A stretch of DNA of 64,000 bases from an uncultured Pseudomonadota bacterium (GTDB taxonomy: Bacteria > Pseudomonadota > Alphaproteobacteria > JACZXZ01). Made by a program: the position numbers and the translations under genes. Below the pieces are notes generated by a model. That model worked only from the letters and a program-made list of their open reading frames with translations. It was not told the origin of the DNA and did no database searches. This document shows positions 29,847 to 40,787 of the stretch, piece by piece. The stretch spans positions 896,001-960,000 of the forward strand of contig CAVVLJ010000017.1 of NCBI GenBank assembly GCA_963749075.1, given 5' to 3'. Within the stretch, counting starts at the first letter, position 1, and the number at the start of each line of letters is the position of its first letter.

Positions 29847-30809
29847 TCAGGGCTTGGTCGGCACCGGCTTGAAGGTGGTGACGAAGATCCGGTCCGCGGG
29901 GGCGAGGTCCTTCATGCCGCCGAGGGCGGCGAGCTCGAGCGCGCGCACCACCCATTCCTTTTGGATGACGCCGTTGGCCGAGAGCTTGACGATGTTGCCC
30001 TCGTATTCCATGGCGGCGATCTCGGGAGGGATCTCGTCGATCTCGGAGATCGTCTTGATCGCCGCCTCGCGGTTGTTGCGCAGGTAGGCGAGCGCGCCAT
30101 AGATCGCGTTCACCGTGCGCTGCACGAGCTGAGGCTTCTCCTCGATCATCTTGTCGGTCGCGATCCAGCCGCCGTTGAGATGGGGCGGCACGGCTGTGCC
30201 GTAGTCGATCAGGCTCACCGCCTGCTTCGAGCGCATCATCTGGAAGGAGAGCGGCGAGTAGAGCACCGCGGCGTCCACGTTGCCTGAGAGCATGTTGGGG
30301 ACGAGCCCGCCGCCGCCGAGGGGCACGCGGGTGAAGTTGATCTTCTTGTCCTGGATCGTCCAGAGCGCCAGGAGATCGGTGCCGGAGCCCGCCGAGGTGA
30401 TGCCGACCTTCTTGCCGTCGAGCTGGGACACGTTGGTGATCTTCGAGCCGGTCGGCACCATGAGATGCCAGCCGAAATAGGCGAGAGCACCGCAGGTGAC
30501 GAGCTTGGACTTGATGCCCTTGGTGACGCCTGCCGCGACCAGCGAGGGGGCATCCAAGATCACGTCGGCGGCGCCGGCGGCGAGCCCCTCGAAGGCCTCG
30601 CCCCCGCTCCGGTAGACGGTGAGCTCGGCCGTGATCCCTTCCTTGGCGAAGAGCTTCTGCCTGACCGCGGTCTCGGCAAGAACGGTTGGCCAATAGGTCT
30701 TGGTCGGCAGCCCGATGCGCACCGTATCGTCGGCGCGCGCCTCGACGGCGGCGCCGGTCCAGAGCGCCGCGAGCGCCACTCCCAAGGCAAGACGAATGCA
30801 TGCTCGCAT
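29847..30809 (-). CDS. ABC transporter substrate-binding protein, SsuA/THI5-like
   Basis: Signal peptide; LFAKEGI and LDGKKVGITSAGSGT. Confidence 0.88.
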   Translation of the reverse strand: MRACIRLALGVALAALWTGAAVEARADDTVRIGLPTKTYWPTVLAETAVRQKLFAKEGITAELTVYRSGGEAFEGLAAGAADVILDAPSLVAAGVTKGIKSKLVTCGALAYFGWHLMVPTGSKITNVSQLDGKKVGITSAGSGTDLLALWTIQDKKINFTRVPLGGGGLVPNMLSGNVDAAVLYSPLSFQMMRSKQAVSLIDYGTAVPPHLNGGWIATDKMIEEKPQLVQRTVNAIYGALAYLRNNREAAIKTISEIDEIPPEIAAMEYEGNIVKLSANGVIQKEWVVRALELAALGGMKDLAPADRIFVTTFKPVPTKP

Positions 30810-31001
30810 GATCGTTTCCTCCCCAGTGCCGTTCGGATGTTCTTGTTGCGGCCGGCCCCGAACGCTTCACAGACTATGACCCGCCGTGCTGGTGCGTTGC
30901 AAGCCTCCCGCGCCGCGTGCGGCGAGGCTTCCGCCCGCCGCATGACCTCTTCGAGCAGCGTTGCCGTCAGGCCGCTATCGTGCCGAGCCGGCTTGCCTGC
31001 G

Positions 31002-32171
31002 TCAGCGCTGAGCCCGCGGAGCGCTGCCCTCCCTCCACCGCTTCAACGCCTCCGCCGCCGCCGCGATCTCCGCCTCCGACCCCGCGAAGGAGAAGCGCAA
31101 CGTACGCCTGCCCCGCGCCGCGTCGAAATCGGTGCCCGGTGCGGCGGCCACGCCCGCCTCCTCGAGCATGCGCTTAGAGAAGGCCTCGCTGTCGTTGGTC
31201 AAGTGGTGCACGTCGGCATAGAGGTAGAAGGCGCCGTCGGCGGGCGCGAAACGGTCGAAGCCGGCGTTCGGGAGCTCGCGCAAGAGGAGGGCGCGGTTGC
31301 GCGCGTAGCCGGCCACGATGGTATCGAGCTCGGCCGTGCACTCGAAGGCCGTCTCGGCCGCGATCTGGCTCAAGGCGGGCGGGCTGATGTAGAGGTTCTG
31401 CGCCAGGCACTCGATGGGGCGCACGAGATCGCGAGGTGCCACCATCCAGCCGATGCGCCAGCCGGTCATCGCGTAGTATTTCGAGAAGCTGTTGACCACG
31501 ATGGCCGCCTCGCTCGCGGCGAGCGCCGTCGCCGCCGGCGCCTCGTAGGTGATGCCGTGGTAGATCTCGTCGGAGACGAAGCGGATGCCGCTCGTCTCGC
31601 AGTGCCGCGCCAGGCGTGCCAGCTCGTCGGCCGCCAGCATGGTGCCGGCCGGATTGGAGGGGCTCGCGACGATGAGCCCGTCGAGCGGGCCCACCTCCTC
31701 GACGAGCTCGACCGTCGGCTGGAAACGCGTCGCCTCGCCCGCCTCGATGATCACCGGCTCGATGCCGAATGCGGTCAGGATGTTGCGGTAGGCGGGGTAG
31801 CTCGGCGAGGCGAGCGCCACGCGGTCGCCGGGATCGAAGGCGGCGAGGAAGGCGGTGACGAAGGCGCCCGAGGAGCCGGTGGTGACGACGATGCGCTCGC
31901 GCGGCACGGCTATGCCGTAGCGCTCCCGATAATGCCGCGCGATGCGCTCGCGCAAAGTAGCGGTGCCGAGCGCCTCGGTATAGCCGAGCCGGTCGCTGCC
32001 GAGTGCTGCCCGGGCTGCGGCGAGCACGCGGGCGGGCGCCCCCGTGCCCGGCTGGCCCACCTCGAGGTGATAGACCTGCCGACCTGCGGCCTGGCGCTCG
32101 TTGGCCGCGCGCAGCACGTCCATGACGATGAAAGGCGGGGTCCCACCCCGCCGCGCCACCTTGAGCGCCAT
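31002..32171 (-). CDS. Class I/II PLP aminotransferase
   Basis: PFIVMDV, HLEVGQP, SPSNPAG, SDEIYHG and SFSKYYAMTGWRIGW motifs. Confidence 0.93.
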   Translation of the reverse strand: MALKVARRGGTPPFIVMDVLRAANERQAAGRQVYHLEVGQPGTGAPARVLAAARAALGSDRLGYTEALGTATLRERIARHYRERYGIAVPRERIVVTTGSSGAFVTAFLAAFDPGDRVALASPSYPAYRNILTAFGIEPVIIEAGEATRFQPTVELVEEVGPLDGLIVASPSNPAGTMLAADELARLARHCETSGIRFVSDEIYHGITYEAPAATALAASEAAIVVNSFSKYYAMTGWRIGWMVAPRDLVRPIECLAQNLYISPPALSQIAAETAFECTAELDTIVAGYARNRALLLRELPNAGFDRFAPADGAFYLYADVHHLTNDSEAFSKRMLEEAGVAAAPGTDFDAARGRRTLRFSFAGSEAEIAAAAEALKRWREGSAPRAQR

Positions 32172-32303
32172 GGCTTCGCTTCCTCCCAGGACCTGCCGCA
32201 ACCGCTACGCTCATAAGGGAGCGCCCGCTGCGGCGCAACCTCCCCGTGGCCTGGCGGTCGAGCTTGCCATTGATTTTGCCGGCGGCACTCCTTAGGTTGG
32301 GCC

Positions 32304-33692
32304 ATGGCCTGGATGACCTGCCTGCGGCGCCGCGCGACCGCAGCCGTGGCGCTCGCGAGCCTCTTGGCGGCGCTCGCGACGGACGTGCGCGCGCAGAGCG
32401 AGACCGGCTCGGCGTCGGTGGCGCGCATCCGCGACGCCGAGATCGAGAGCGATTTGCGCACCTGGGCGACGCCCGTGTGGGTGGCCGCCGGCCTCGATCC
32501 GCAGCAGGTGCAGATCGTCCTCGTCAACCAGGACGTGATCAACGCCTTCGTGGCGGGCGGCCTCAACATCTTCATCTATGCCGGCCTCCTCATCCAGTCG
32601 GACAGCGCCAACCAGGTGGCGGGCGTCATGGCCCACGAGACCGGGCACATCGCGGGCGGCCACTTGGCACGCATGAGCGACGAGATCCAGAACGCGGAGA
32701 TCATCCAGATTCTCGGCCTTGTCCTGGGGGCCGCCGCGGCCGTGGCGACGGGTCGCGGGGACGCCGCGGCGGCGGGGCTCGGTGCCGGCTCCGACATGGC
32801 GGTGCGCAACTTCCTCTCCTTCAGCCGCACCCAGGAGCGCTCCGCCGACCAGGCCGGCGTCACCTTCCTCGAGCGCAGCGGCCAGTCGTCGCGCGGCCTC
32901 CTCGAATTCATGCAGAAGCTGCAGAGCCAGGAGTTCATCAATGCCTGGCGCCAGGACCCCTATCTCAGGACCCACCCCCTCACCCAGGACCGCATCGACT
33001 TCATCGCGCACTTCATCGAGACCTCGAAATACACCAACGCGCCGCCGCGCCCCGGCTATGTCGAGGAGCATGCCCGCATGCGCGGCAAGCTGATCGGCTT
33101 CCTCTGGCCGGTCGCGCGCGTCTTCCAGCGCTACAAGGAGAACGACGCCAGCATCGAGGCGCGCTACGCGCGCTCGATCGCCTATCACCGCCAGAGCCGC
33201 GATCAAGAGGCCCTCAAGCTCATCGACGGCCTCCTGGCCGAGCATCCCGACGATGCCTTCTTCAACGAGCTCAAGGGCCAGTTCCTCTTCGAGGCCGGCC
33301 GCGTGGCCGACGCGATTCAACCTTACGAGAAGGCCAACAAGGAATTCCCGCACAACTCGCTCATCGAGTCCGAGCTCGCCCAGGTCATGGTCGAGACCGG
33401 CGATCAGCGCTACAACGCCGAGGCGCTCGCCAACTTGACCGAGGCGTCGGGGCTCGACAAGGACGATCCCCTGACCTGGCGCCTGCTCGCCACCGTCTAT
33501 GGCCGCCAGGGCGACCAGGGGCGCACGGCGCTGGCCTTGGCCGAGCAGTGCTACGCCGAGGGCCGCTTCGGCGAGGCGCGCGCCCAGGCCAAGCGCGCGC
33601 AGCAGATACTGCCCTACGGCTCGCCCGGCGGCTTGCGCGCGCAGGACATCGAGCAGGCGTCGCAGAAGGCGATCAAGGACGCCAAGGATTAG
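32304..33692 (+). CDS. M48 family metalloprotease with TPRs (BepA/YfgC-like)
   Basis: INAFV, HETGH zinc motif, FSRTQERSAD and YLRTHP. Confidence 0.92.
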   Translation: MAWMTCLRRRATAAVALASLLAALATDVRAQSETGSASVARIRDAEIESDLRTWATPVWVAAGLDPQQVQIVLVNQDVINAFVAGGLNIFIYAGLLIQSDSANQVAGVMAHETGHIAGGHLARMSDEIQNAEIIQILGLVLGAAAAVATGRGDAAAAGLGAGSDMAVRNFLSFSRTQERSADQAGVTFLERSGQSSRGLLEFMQKLQSQEFINAWRQDPYLRTHPLTQDRIDFIAHFIETSKYTNAPPRPGYVEEHARMRGKLIGFLWPVARVFQRYKENDASIEARYARSIAYHRQSRDQEALKLIDGLLAEHPDDAFFNELKGQFLFEAGRVADAIQPYEKANKEFPHNSLIESELAQVMVETGDQRYNAEALANLTEASGLDKDDPLTWRLLATVYGRQGDQGRTALALAEQCYAEGRFGEARAQAKRAQQILPYGSPGGLRAQDIEQASQKAIKDAKD

Positions 33693-33759
33693 AGGCGGCA
33701 GCAGCCGTCGCAAGCGCGCCGAGAGGCGGAATGAGGCGAGACGGGACAAGGAGCATCAC

Positions 33760-34530
33760 GTGAAAGCATTGCGCATACTCTCCTATTTCATTGCGGCGAT
33801 GACGGGCGCCTTGCTCGCCGCGGCGGTGCTGCTCCACCTCCCGGGCGTGCGCGGCGAGGACAAGCTCTCCCCCGGCCAGGCCAAGGCGGTCGAGGGCCTC
33901 GTCGCCGCCTATCTCGAGGCCCACCCCGAGACCATCGGCAAGGCCATCGACGAGCTCCAGGAGCACGAGAAGACCGCCGCGCACGAGGCGGCGCGCTCGG
34001 CCGTCCACGGCAAGAGCGACGCCATCTTCCACGACCCGGCCGACCTCGTCCTCGGCAACGCCAAGGGCGACGTGACCATCGTCGAGTTCTTCGACTACCG
34101 CTGCCCCTACTGCAAGCGCGCGGTCCCCGACATCATGGGGGCACTCAAGAGCGACGGCGGCCTCCGCCTGGTGCTCAAGGAGTTCCCCATCCTGGGCGCC
34201 AATTCGGTGCTCGCCTCGCGCGCGGCGCTCGCCTCGGCCAAGCAGGGCAAGTATGCCGCCTTCCACATGGCCCTCCTGACCTCCGCGGGCGCGCTCGACG
34301 AGGCCAGCATCATGGAGATCGCCCGCGGCCTCGGCATCGATACCGAGCGCCTCGCGGCGGACATGAAGGATCCGGCGATCGACGCGCTCATCAAGAAGAA
34401 CTACGACCTCGCCCAGGATCTGAGGATCGAGGGCACCCCAGCCTTCATCGTCGGCGACGAGCTGGTGCCGGGCGCCCTCGACCGGCACGGCCTCGAGGAG
34501 CTCGTGAAGGAGGCGCGCGGCAAGAGCTGA
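33760..34530 (+). CDS. DsbA family thiol-disulfide protein
   Basis: EFFDYRCPYCK, KEFPILG and GTPAF motifs; AAGGAG RBS. Confidence 0.92.
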   Translation: MKALRILSYFIAAMTGALLAAAVLLHLPGVRGEDKLSPGQAKAVEGLVAAYLEAHPETIGKAIDELQEHEKTAAHEAARSAVHGKSDAIFHDPADLVLGNAKGDVTIVEFFDYRCPYCKRAVPDIMGALKSDGGLRLVLKEFPILGANSVLASRAALASAKQGKYAAFHMALLTSAGALDEASIMEIARGLGIDTERLAADMKDPAIDALIKKNYDLAQDLRIEGTPAFIVGDELVPGALDRHGLEELVKEARGKS

Positions 34531-34544
34531 GCGCCTGAGCCGCC

Positions 34545-35192
34545 TCAGGGCTCGGCGTCGGGCTGCTTCGCGGGCTGCGCCCGATCGAAGGCCTCGAGCG
34601 CCATGCAGGCGGCGAAGATGCGCTTGAGCGTCGGCCGCCTGCCGAGCGGGTCCTTGTCGTAGCGCATGGCATTGAAGAGCTGCGGCACGAGAGCGATGTC
34701 GGCGAGGCCCGGCGCATCGCCGTGGCAGAAACGGCCCGTCGCGCGCTCGCCCGCGAGCCGCGTCTCGAGCGAATCGAGCCCCACGTCGATCCAGTGCCGG
34801 TACCACTCGGCGATCGCCACCTCGTCGCACTTGAGCACATGGGTGAGATAGGCGAGCACGCGCGCGTTGTTGATCGGGTGGATGTCGCAGGCGACGATCT
34901 CGGCGAGCGAGCGCACGCGCGCGCGGCCGGCGGGGCTCGCGGGCAGGAGCGGCGGCGCCGGCCGCGTCTCGTCGAGATACTCGATGATGGCGAGCGACTG
35001 GCTCAGCGTCAGCTCGTCGATTTGCAGCACCGGCACCAGGCCCTCGGGATTGAGCGCCATATAGGCGGCCGAGCGCTGCTCGCCGTTGCGCAGATGCACG
35101 GCGTGCGGCTCGTAGGCGAGGCCCTTGAGGTTGAGTGCGATGCGCACGCGGAAGGCGGCCGAGGAGCGGAAGAAGGTGTGGAGCGCGATCAT
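34545..35192 (-). CDS. maiA: Maleylacetoacetate isomerase (GST zeta class)
   Basis: FRSSAAFRVRIALNLKG, QSLAIIEYL and DIHPINN motifs. Confidence 0.9.
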   Translation of the reverse strand: MIALHTFFRSSAAFRVRIALNLKGLAYEPHAVHLRNGEQRSAAYMALNPEGLVPVLQIDELTLSQSLAIIEYLDETRPAPPLLPASPAGRARVRSLAEIVACDIHPINNARVLAYLTHVLKCDEVAIAEWYRHWIDVGLDSLETRLAGERATGRFCHGDAPGLADIALVPQLFNAMRYDKDPLGRRPTLKRIFAACMALEAFDRAQPAKQPDAEP

Positions 35193-35251
35193 GTCGTTTC
35201 CCCTTGCACGAGCCGTCGCTGCGGTCCGGCGCTGCCGCGGCGGCCGAGCCC

Positions 35252-36598
35252 TTAGAGATAGCGCCACCAAAGATACGCCTGGCACATCGCCACGTGGAGC
35301 ACCATGAGGCCGAAGGCGTATTTCGTGTAGGTCCAGAAGCCGAAGGGGATGCCGTTGCGCTCGGCGATCCCGGCGACCGTCAGGTTGGCGGAGGCGCCGA
35401 TGAGGGTGCCGTTGCCGCCGAGGCAGCCGCCGAGCGAGAGCGCCCACCACAGCGGCTGAAGATGCTGGGCACCGCCGAAGTCGCCCGCCATCGACTTGAT
35501 GAGAGGGATCATGGCCGCGACGTAGGGGATATTGTCGACGATCGAGGAGAGGAAGGCGGAGGACCACAGGACGACGGACGCGGTAAGCGCGAAATTGCCG
35601 CCCGTAGCATCGACGAGGCGGCGCGCCAGCTCGGCGAGTGCGCCCGTGACCTCGAGCCCGTGCACCACCACGAAGAGGCCCACGAAGAAGAAGATGGTGA
35701 TCCAGTCGATCTCGCCGAAGGTCGCGGTCACCTTCTCGTTCTGCTTCTCGATCTCGCGGTGGTGCTCGATGTTGTGCAGCAGCATGAGGACCGCGGCACC
35801 CAAGAGCGAGATCGTGCCCGGCTCCAGCCCGAGCGGCTTGGCGAAGACGAAGGCGAGGATGACGAGCGCGATGACGGCGAGCGAGGCGCGAAGCAGCGGC
35901 GCGTCGCTGATCGCCGAGCGCTCGTCCATCGCCATGACCTCGGCTCGCGCCGCGTCCGAGGCGCGCATCGCCCGTCCCCAGATGAGGTGCGTGGCGAGCG
36001 CCTGCACCGCCATCACGGCAACGATGACCGGCGTCAGGTGGAGGACGAAATCGTCGAAGCTGAGATGCGCCGCCGAGCCGATGATGATGTTGGGCGGATC
36101 GCCGATGAGCGTCGCCGTGCCGCCGATGTTGGAGGCGAGCACCTCGGCGAAGAGGAAGGGATAGGGGGCGACCCCGAGCCGGCGCGTCACCGAGAGCGTC
36201 ACCGGTGCGATGAGGAGCACCGTCGTTACGTTGTCGAGGAAGGCCGAGAGCACGGCGGTGGTGAGCGAGAGGATGAGCAGCATGCGCCAAGGCTCGGCGC
36301 GGCCGCGCTTCGCCGACCAGATGGCGAGATACTCGAACATGCCGCTCCGCCGCGCGATCGAGACCAGCACCATCATGCCGGTCAGGAGGGCTATGGTATT
36401 GAAATCGATGCCGCGGATCGCCTCGGCCTGGTCGAGCACGCCCGAGGCGATCATGAGGCCGGCGCCGAGGAGGGCGATGATCGAGCGGTTGAGCCGCTCG
36501 GCCACGATCAGGGCGTAGACGAGGACGAGGATGGCGCCCGCGACCCACATGGCGCCGATGCCGAAGACGAGATGCGCGTGCCCGGGCGCCCCCTCCAT
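35252..36598 (-). CDS. ArsB/NhaD (SLC13-like) ion transporter
   Basis: LSAFLDNVTT, SNIGGTATLIGDPPNI, VDNIP and GGNGTLIGASAN motifs. Confidence 0.88.
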   Translation of the reverse strand: MEGAPGHAHLVFGIGAMWVAGAILVLVYALIVAERLNRSIIALLGAGLMIASGVLDQAEAIRGIDFNTIALLTGMMVLVSIARRSGMFEYLAIWSAKRGRAEPWRMLLILSLTTAVLSAFLDNVTTVLLIAPVTLSVTRRLGVAPYPFLFAEVLASNIGGTATLIGDPPNIIIGSAAHLSFDDFVLHLTPVIVAVMAVQALATHLIWGRAMRASDAARAEVMAMDERSAISDAPLLRASLAVIALVILAFVFAKPLGLEPGTISLLGAAVLMLLHNIEHHREIEKQNEKVTATFGEIDWITIFFFVGLFVVVHGLEVTGALAELARRLVDATGGNFALTASVVLWSSAFLSSIVDNIPYVAAMIPLIKSMAGDFGGAQHLQPLWWALSLGGCLGGNGTLIGASANLTVAGIAERNGIPFGFWTYTKYAFGLMVLHVAMCQAYLWWRYL

Positions 36599-36682
36599 CG
36601 CAGAACCTCCCCCGCATTTTTCCCGCCCGGCTGCTGCGACGCGCCCGGGCTCTTCCTTGGCCGCGATAGGATATTGCCTCAA

Positions 36683-36698
36683 ATCGCAATTGTGCGAT
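36683..36698. promoter_or_regulatory. Palindrome between divergent arsB-like and dctQ genes
   Basis: ATCGCA-attg-TGCGAT in an AT-rich patch. Confidence 0.4.
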
Positions 36699-36759
36699 AT
36701 TGCGCTCGAAGCGGACGAGCGAAGCCGCCCGGATCAGACAAAATGCAGGGAGGGCCGGC

Positions 36760-37332
36760 TTGGCGGTATTGTTGCGATTGAGCGGCCTGATCGACGCGCT
36801 CAACGAGCGGATCGGGAAGCTCTTCTATTGGCTGGTCCTGGGTGCCGTCCTGGTGAGCGCGGGAAACGCCCTCGTGCGCTACACCTTCGATACCAGCTCG
36901 AATGCCTGGCTCGAGCTGCAGTGGTACATGTTCTCCGCCATCTTCGTGCTGTGCTCCGGCTATACGCTGCTGCGCAACGAGCACATCCGCATCGACATCG
37001 TCAACAGCCGCTTCCCCAAGCGGGTGCAGATCTGGATCGACATCATCGGCGGCATCGTCTGCCTCCTGCCCATGACGCTGATCATCATGGTTCTGTCGTG
37101 GCCGATCTTCGTCGATTCCTTCATGCGCCATGAGGTGTCGTCCAACGCCGGCGGCCTCTTGCGCTGGCCGTTCAAGCTGATCGTGCCGGTCGGCTTCTTC
37201 CTGCTGGCCCTCCAGGGCGTCTCCGAGATCGTCAAGCGCATCGCCTACCTCAAGGGCCTGGCTCCCGACCCGACCGAGCGGATCCACGCCCACGGCGCCG
37301 AATCTCCGTCCGGGCCGGCGCCCTCGCCGTGA
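36760..37332 (+). CDS. TRAP small permease DctQ (copy 1)
   Basis: ELQWYMF and EHIRIDIV; 4 TMs. Confidence 0.9.
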   Translation: MAVLLRLSGLIDALNERIGKLFYWLVLGAVLVSAGNALVRYTFDTSSNAWLELQWYMFSAIFVLCSGYTLLRNEHIRIDIVNSRFPKRVQIWIDIIGGIVCLLPMTLIIMVLSWPIFVDSFMRHEVSSNAGGLLRWPFKLIVPVGFFLLALQGVSEIVKRIAYLKGLAPDPTERIHAHGAESPSGPAPSP

Positions 37333-38957
37333 GCCAGTTCCTCATCGCCAATATGGCGCCGCTCATGTTCGCGGCGCTCGTGGTGGGCCTCCTCATCGGC
37401 TACCCGGTCGCCTTCTCGCTGGGTGCGGTTGGCCTCTCCTTCGGCTTTCTCGGCATCAAGCTGGGCTTGCTCAATTTCACGCTTCTGCAGGCGCTGCCCG
37501 AGCGCGTGATCGGCATCATGAGCAACGACACGCTGCTCGCGATCCCGTTCTTCACCTTCATGGGCCTCATCCTCGAGCGCAGCGGCATGGCCGAGGACCT
37601 GCTCGACACCATCGGCCAGCTCTTCGGCCCGTTGCGCGGCGGGCTCGCCTATGCGGTGATCTTCGTAGGCGCCCTCCTCGCCGCCACCACCGGCGTGGTG
37701 GCCGCCTCGGTCATCTCGATGGGCCTCATCTCGCTGCCCATCATGCTGCGCTACGGCTACGACCGGCGCGTGGCCGCAGGCGTCATCGCCGCCTCGGGCA
37801 CGCTCGCCCAGATCATCCCGCCGAGCCTCGTGCTCATCGTCATGGCCGACCAGCTCGGCCGCTCGGTCGGCGACATGTACGAGGGCGCCTTCATCCCGGG
37901 GCTCACGCTCGCGGCGCTCTATGCCGTCTATGTCTTCGTCGTCTCGCTTCTGCGGCCCGAGGCGGTTCCGGCGCTGCCGCGCGACGCCATCACCGTGCGC
38001 GACGAAAACGGCGGGGTGGGCTATGCCTCGCTCGGCGCCATCGTCGCGGCGGCGGTCGCCTGCGGCTATCTTCTCAGCGGCTACATGCACGCGATCTGGG
38101 CTTGCGCGCTTGCCGGGCTCGCGGCCTATCTCGCAGCACTCGCCGACAAGCTGCTGCGGCTGGGGCTCCTCAGCCTGCTCGCCCGCCAGGTCGTCATCGT
38201 GATGATGCCTCCCCTCTCGCTCATCTTCCTCGTGCTCGGCACCATCTTCGTCGGCATCGCCACGCCGACCGAGGGGGGTGCGATGGGGGCGTCGGGCGCG
38301 CTCGCCCTGGCGCTCGCCAACCGCCGCCTTACCTGGAGCCTGCTGCGCCAGGCCATGGACACGACGGCCAAGATCTCCTCCTTCGTGCTCTTCATCCTGA
38401 TCGGCTCGACCGTCTTCAGCCTCGTCTTCCGCGGCGTCAACGGCGACCTCTGGGTCGAGCACATGCTGACCAACCTGCCCGGCGGGCAAGTGGGCTTCCT
38501 CATCTTCGTCAATTTTTTCGTCTTCTTCCTCGCCTTCTTCCTCGACTTCTTCGAGCTCGCCTTCATCGTCATTCCGCTCCTGGGGCCGGTCGCGGAGAAG
38601 CTCGGCATCGACCTCATCTGGTTCGGCGTGCTGCTCGGCATCAACATGCAGACCTCGTTCATGCATCCCCCATTCGGCTTCGCGCTCTTCTACCTGCGCA
38701 GCGTGGCGCCCAGCCGGGCCTTCACCGACAAGGTCACCGGCAGGCTCACGGAGCCCCTGACGACCGGCCAGATCTACTGGGGCGCCATCCCGTTCGTCTG
38801 CATCCAGCTGGTCATGGTCGGGCTCGTCATCGCCTTCCCGGCGCTCGTGCTGTCGGCACTCGGCGGCGGCCCGAAGATCGACCCCAACAAGGTCAAGATC
38901 GAGATCCAGACCCCGCAATCGGATCAGGGCGAGATCCCGCAGTTCAACATCAAGTGA
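37329..38957 (+). CDS. TRAP large permease DctM (copy 1)
   Basis: GYPVAFSL, GTLAQIIPPS, TPTEGG and QTSFMHPPFGF motifs. Confidence 0.93.
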   Translation: MSQFLIANMAPLMFAALVVGLLIGYPVAFSLGAVGLSFGFLGIKLGLLNFTLLQALPERVIGIMSNDTLLAIPFFTFMGLILERSGMAEDLLDTIGQLFGPLRGGLAYAVIFVGALLAATTGVVAASVISMGLISLPIMLRYGYDRRVAAGVIAASGTLAQIIPPSLVLIVMADQLGRSVGDMYEGAFIPGLTLAALYAVYVFVVSLLRPEAVPALPRDAITVRDENGGVGYASLGAIVAAAVACGYLLSGYMHAIWACALAGLAAYLAALADKLLRLGLLSLLARQVVIVMMPPLSLIFLVLGTIFVGIATPTEGGAMGASGALALALANRRLTWSLLRQAMDTTAKISSFVLFILIGSTVFSLVFRGVNGDLWVEHMLTNLPGGQVGFLIFVNFFVFFLAFFLDFFELAFIVIPLLGPVAEKLGIDLIWFGVLLGINMQTSFMHPPFGFALFYLRSVAPSRAFTDKVTGRLTEPLTTGQIYWGAIPFVCIQLVMVGLVIAFPALVLSALGGGPKIDPNKVKIEIQTPQSDQGEIPQFNIK

Positions 38958-38999
38958 GGCGTCGCCGGGCGGGGAGCGCGGCGCCGCCTGCCAGAAACG

Positions 39000-39025
39000 G
39001 AAAGCCCCGCCGGAGCGGGGCTTTC
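39000..39025. terminator. Likely bidirectional intrinsic terminator
   Basis: GAAAGCCCCGC-cgga-GCGGGGCTTTC between convergent dctM and dctP. Confidence 0.75.
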
Positions 39026-39055
39026 GCTTGCCATCGCGGCCGCGCGCGGCAGCGC

Positions 39056-40162
<1,107 letters not shown>

Positions 40163-40259
40163 GTCATCCTCCCTGGTTTCGCTTCTGTTGTTCATTCATG
40201 TAGCAGATATGATACACCGTTGACAATGATTTGACAGTCTACAGCCGCCGGAGAGCGGA

Positions 40260-40781
40260 GTGACCCAGAGGGAGCGCATCGTCGCAGCGATCGACAGCTT
40301 CGTCGACTGGACCGGGCGGGCGGCCTCGTGGCTCATCCTCGCGGTCGTCGCTCTCCTTTTCCTGCAGATCCCCATGCGCGAGTTCGCCCACTTCGGGCAC
40401 AACGAGGTGAACGACATCGGTCAGCTCTGCCATGCCGCCGTGTTCATGATCGGCGTCGCCTACGCCATGCGCTGGGACGCGCACGTGCGCGTCGACATCT
40501 TCTACGGCCGCCTGAGCGCGCGGCGGAAGGCGCTCATCGACCTCCTCGGCACGCTCTTCTTCGTGCTGCCCTGGCTCTTCATCGTGACGCGCGACTCGAT
40601 CCCGATCGTGGTCAATTCCTGGCGCGAGCTCGAGGCCTTCGCCGAGACCTATACGCCCGGCTACTTCCTCCTCAAGACCCAGCTCCTCGTCTTCGCGGCA
40701 CTCGTGGCGCTCGCGGCGACTGCCAACATCCTGCGCGACCTCGGCACGCTCGCCAGGACGGCCGCGCAGAAGCGCCGATAG
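40260..40781 (+). CDS. TRAP small permease DctQ (copy 2)
   Basis: AHVRVDIFY; 4 TMs. Confidence 0.88.
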   Translation: MTQRERIVAAIDSFVDWTGRAASWLILAVVALLFLQIPMREFAHFGHNEVNDIGQLCHAAVFMIGVAYAMRWDAHVRVDIFYGRLSARRKALIDLLGTLFFVLPWLFIVTRDSIPIVVNSWRELEAFAETYTPGYFLLKTQLLVFAALVALAATANILRDLGTLARTAAQKRR

Positions 40782-40787
40782 CCGCGC

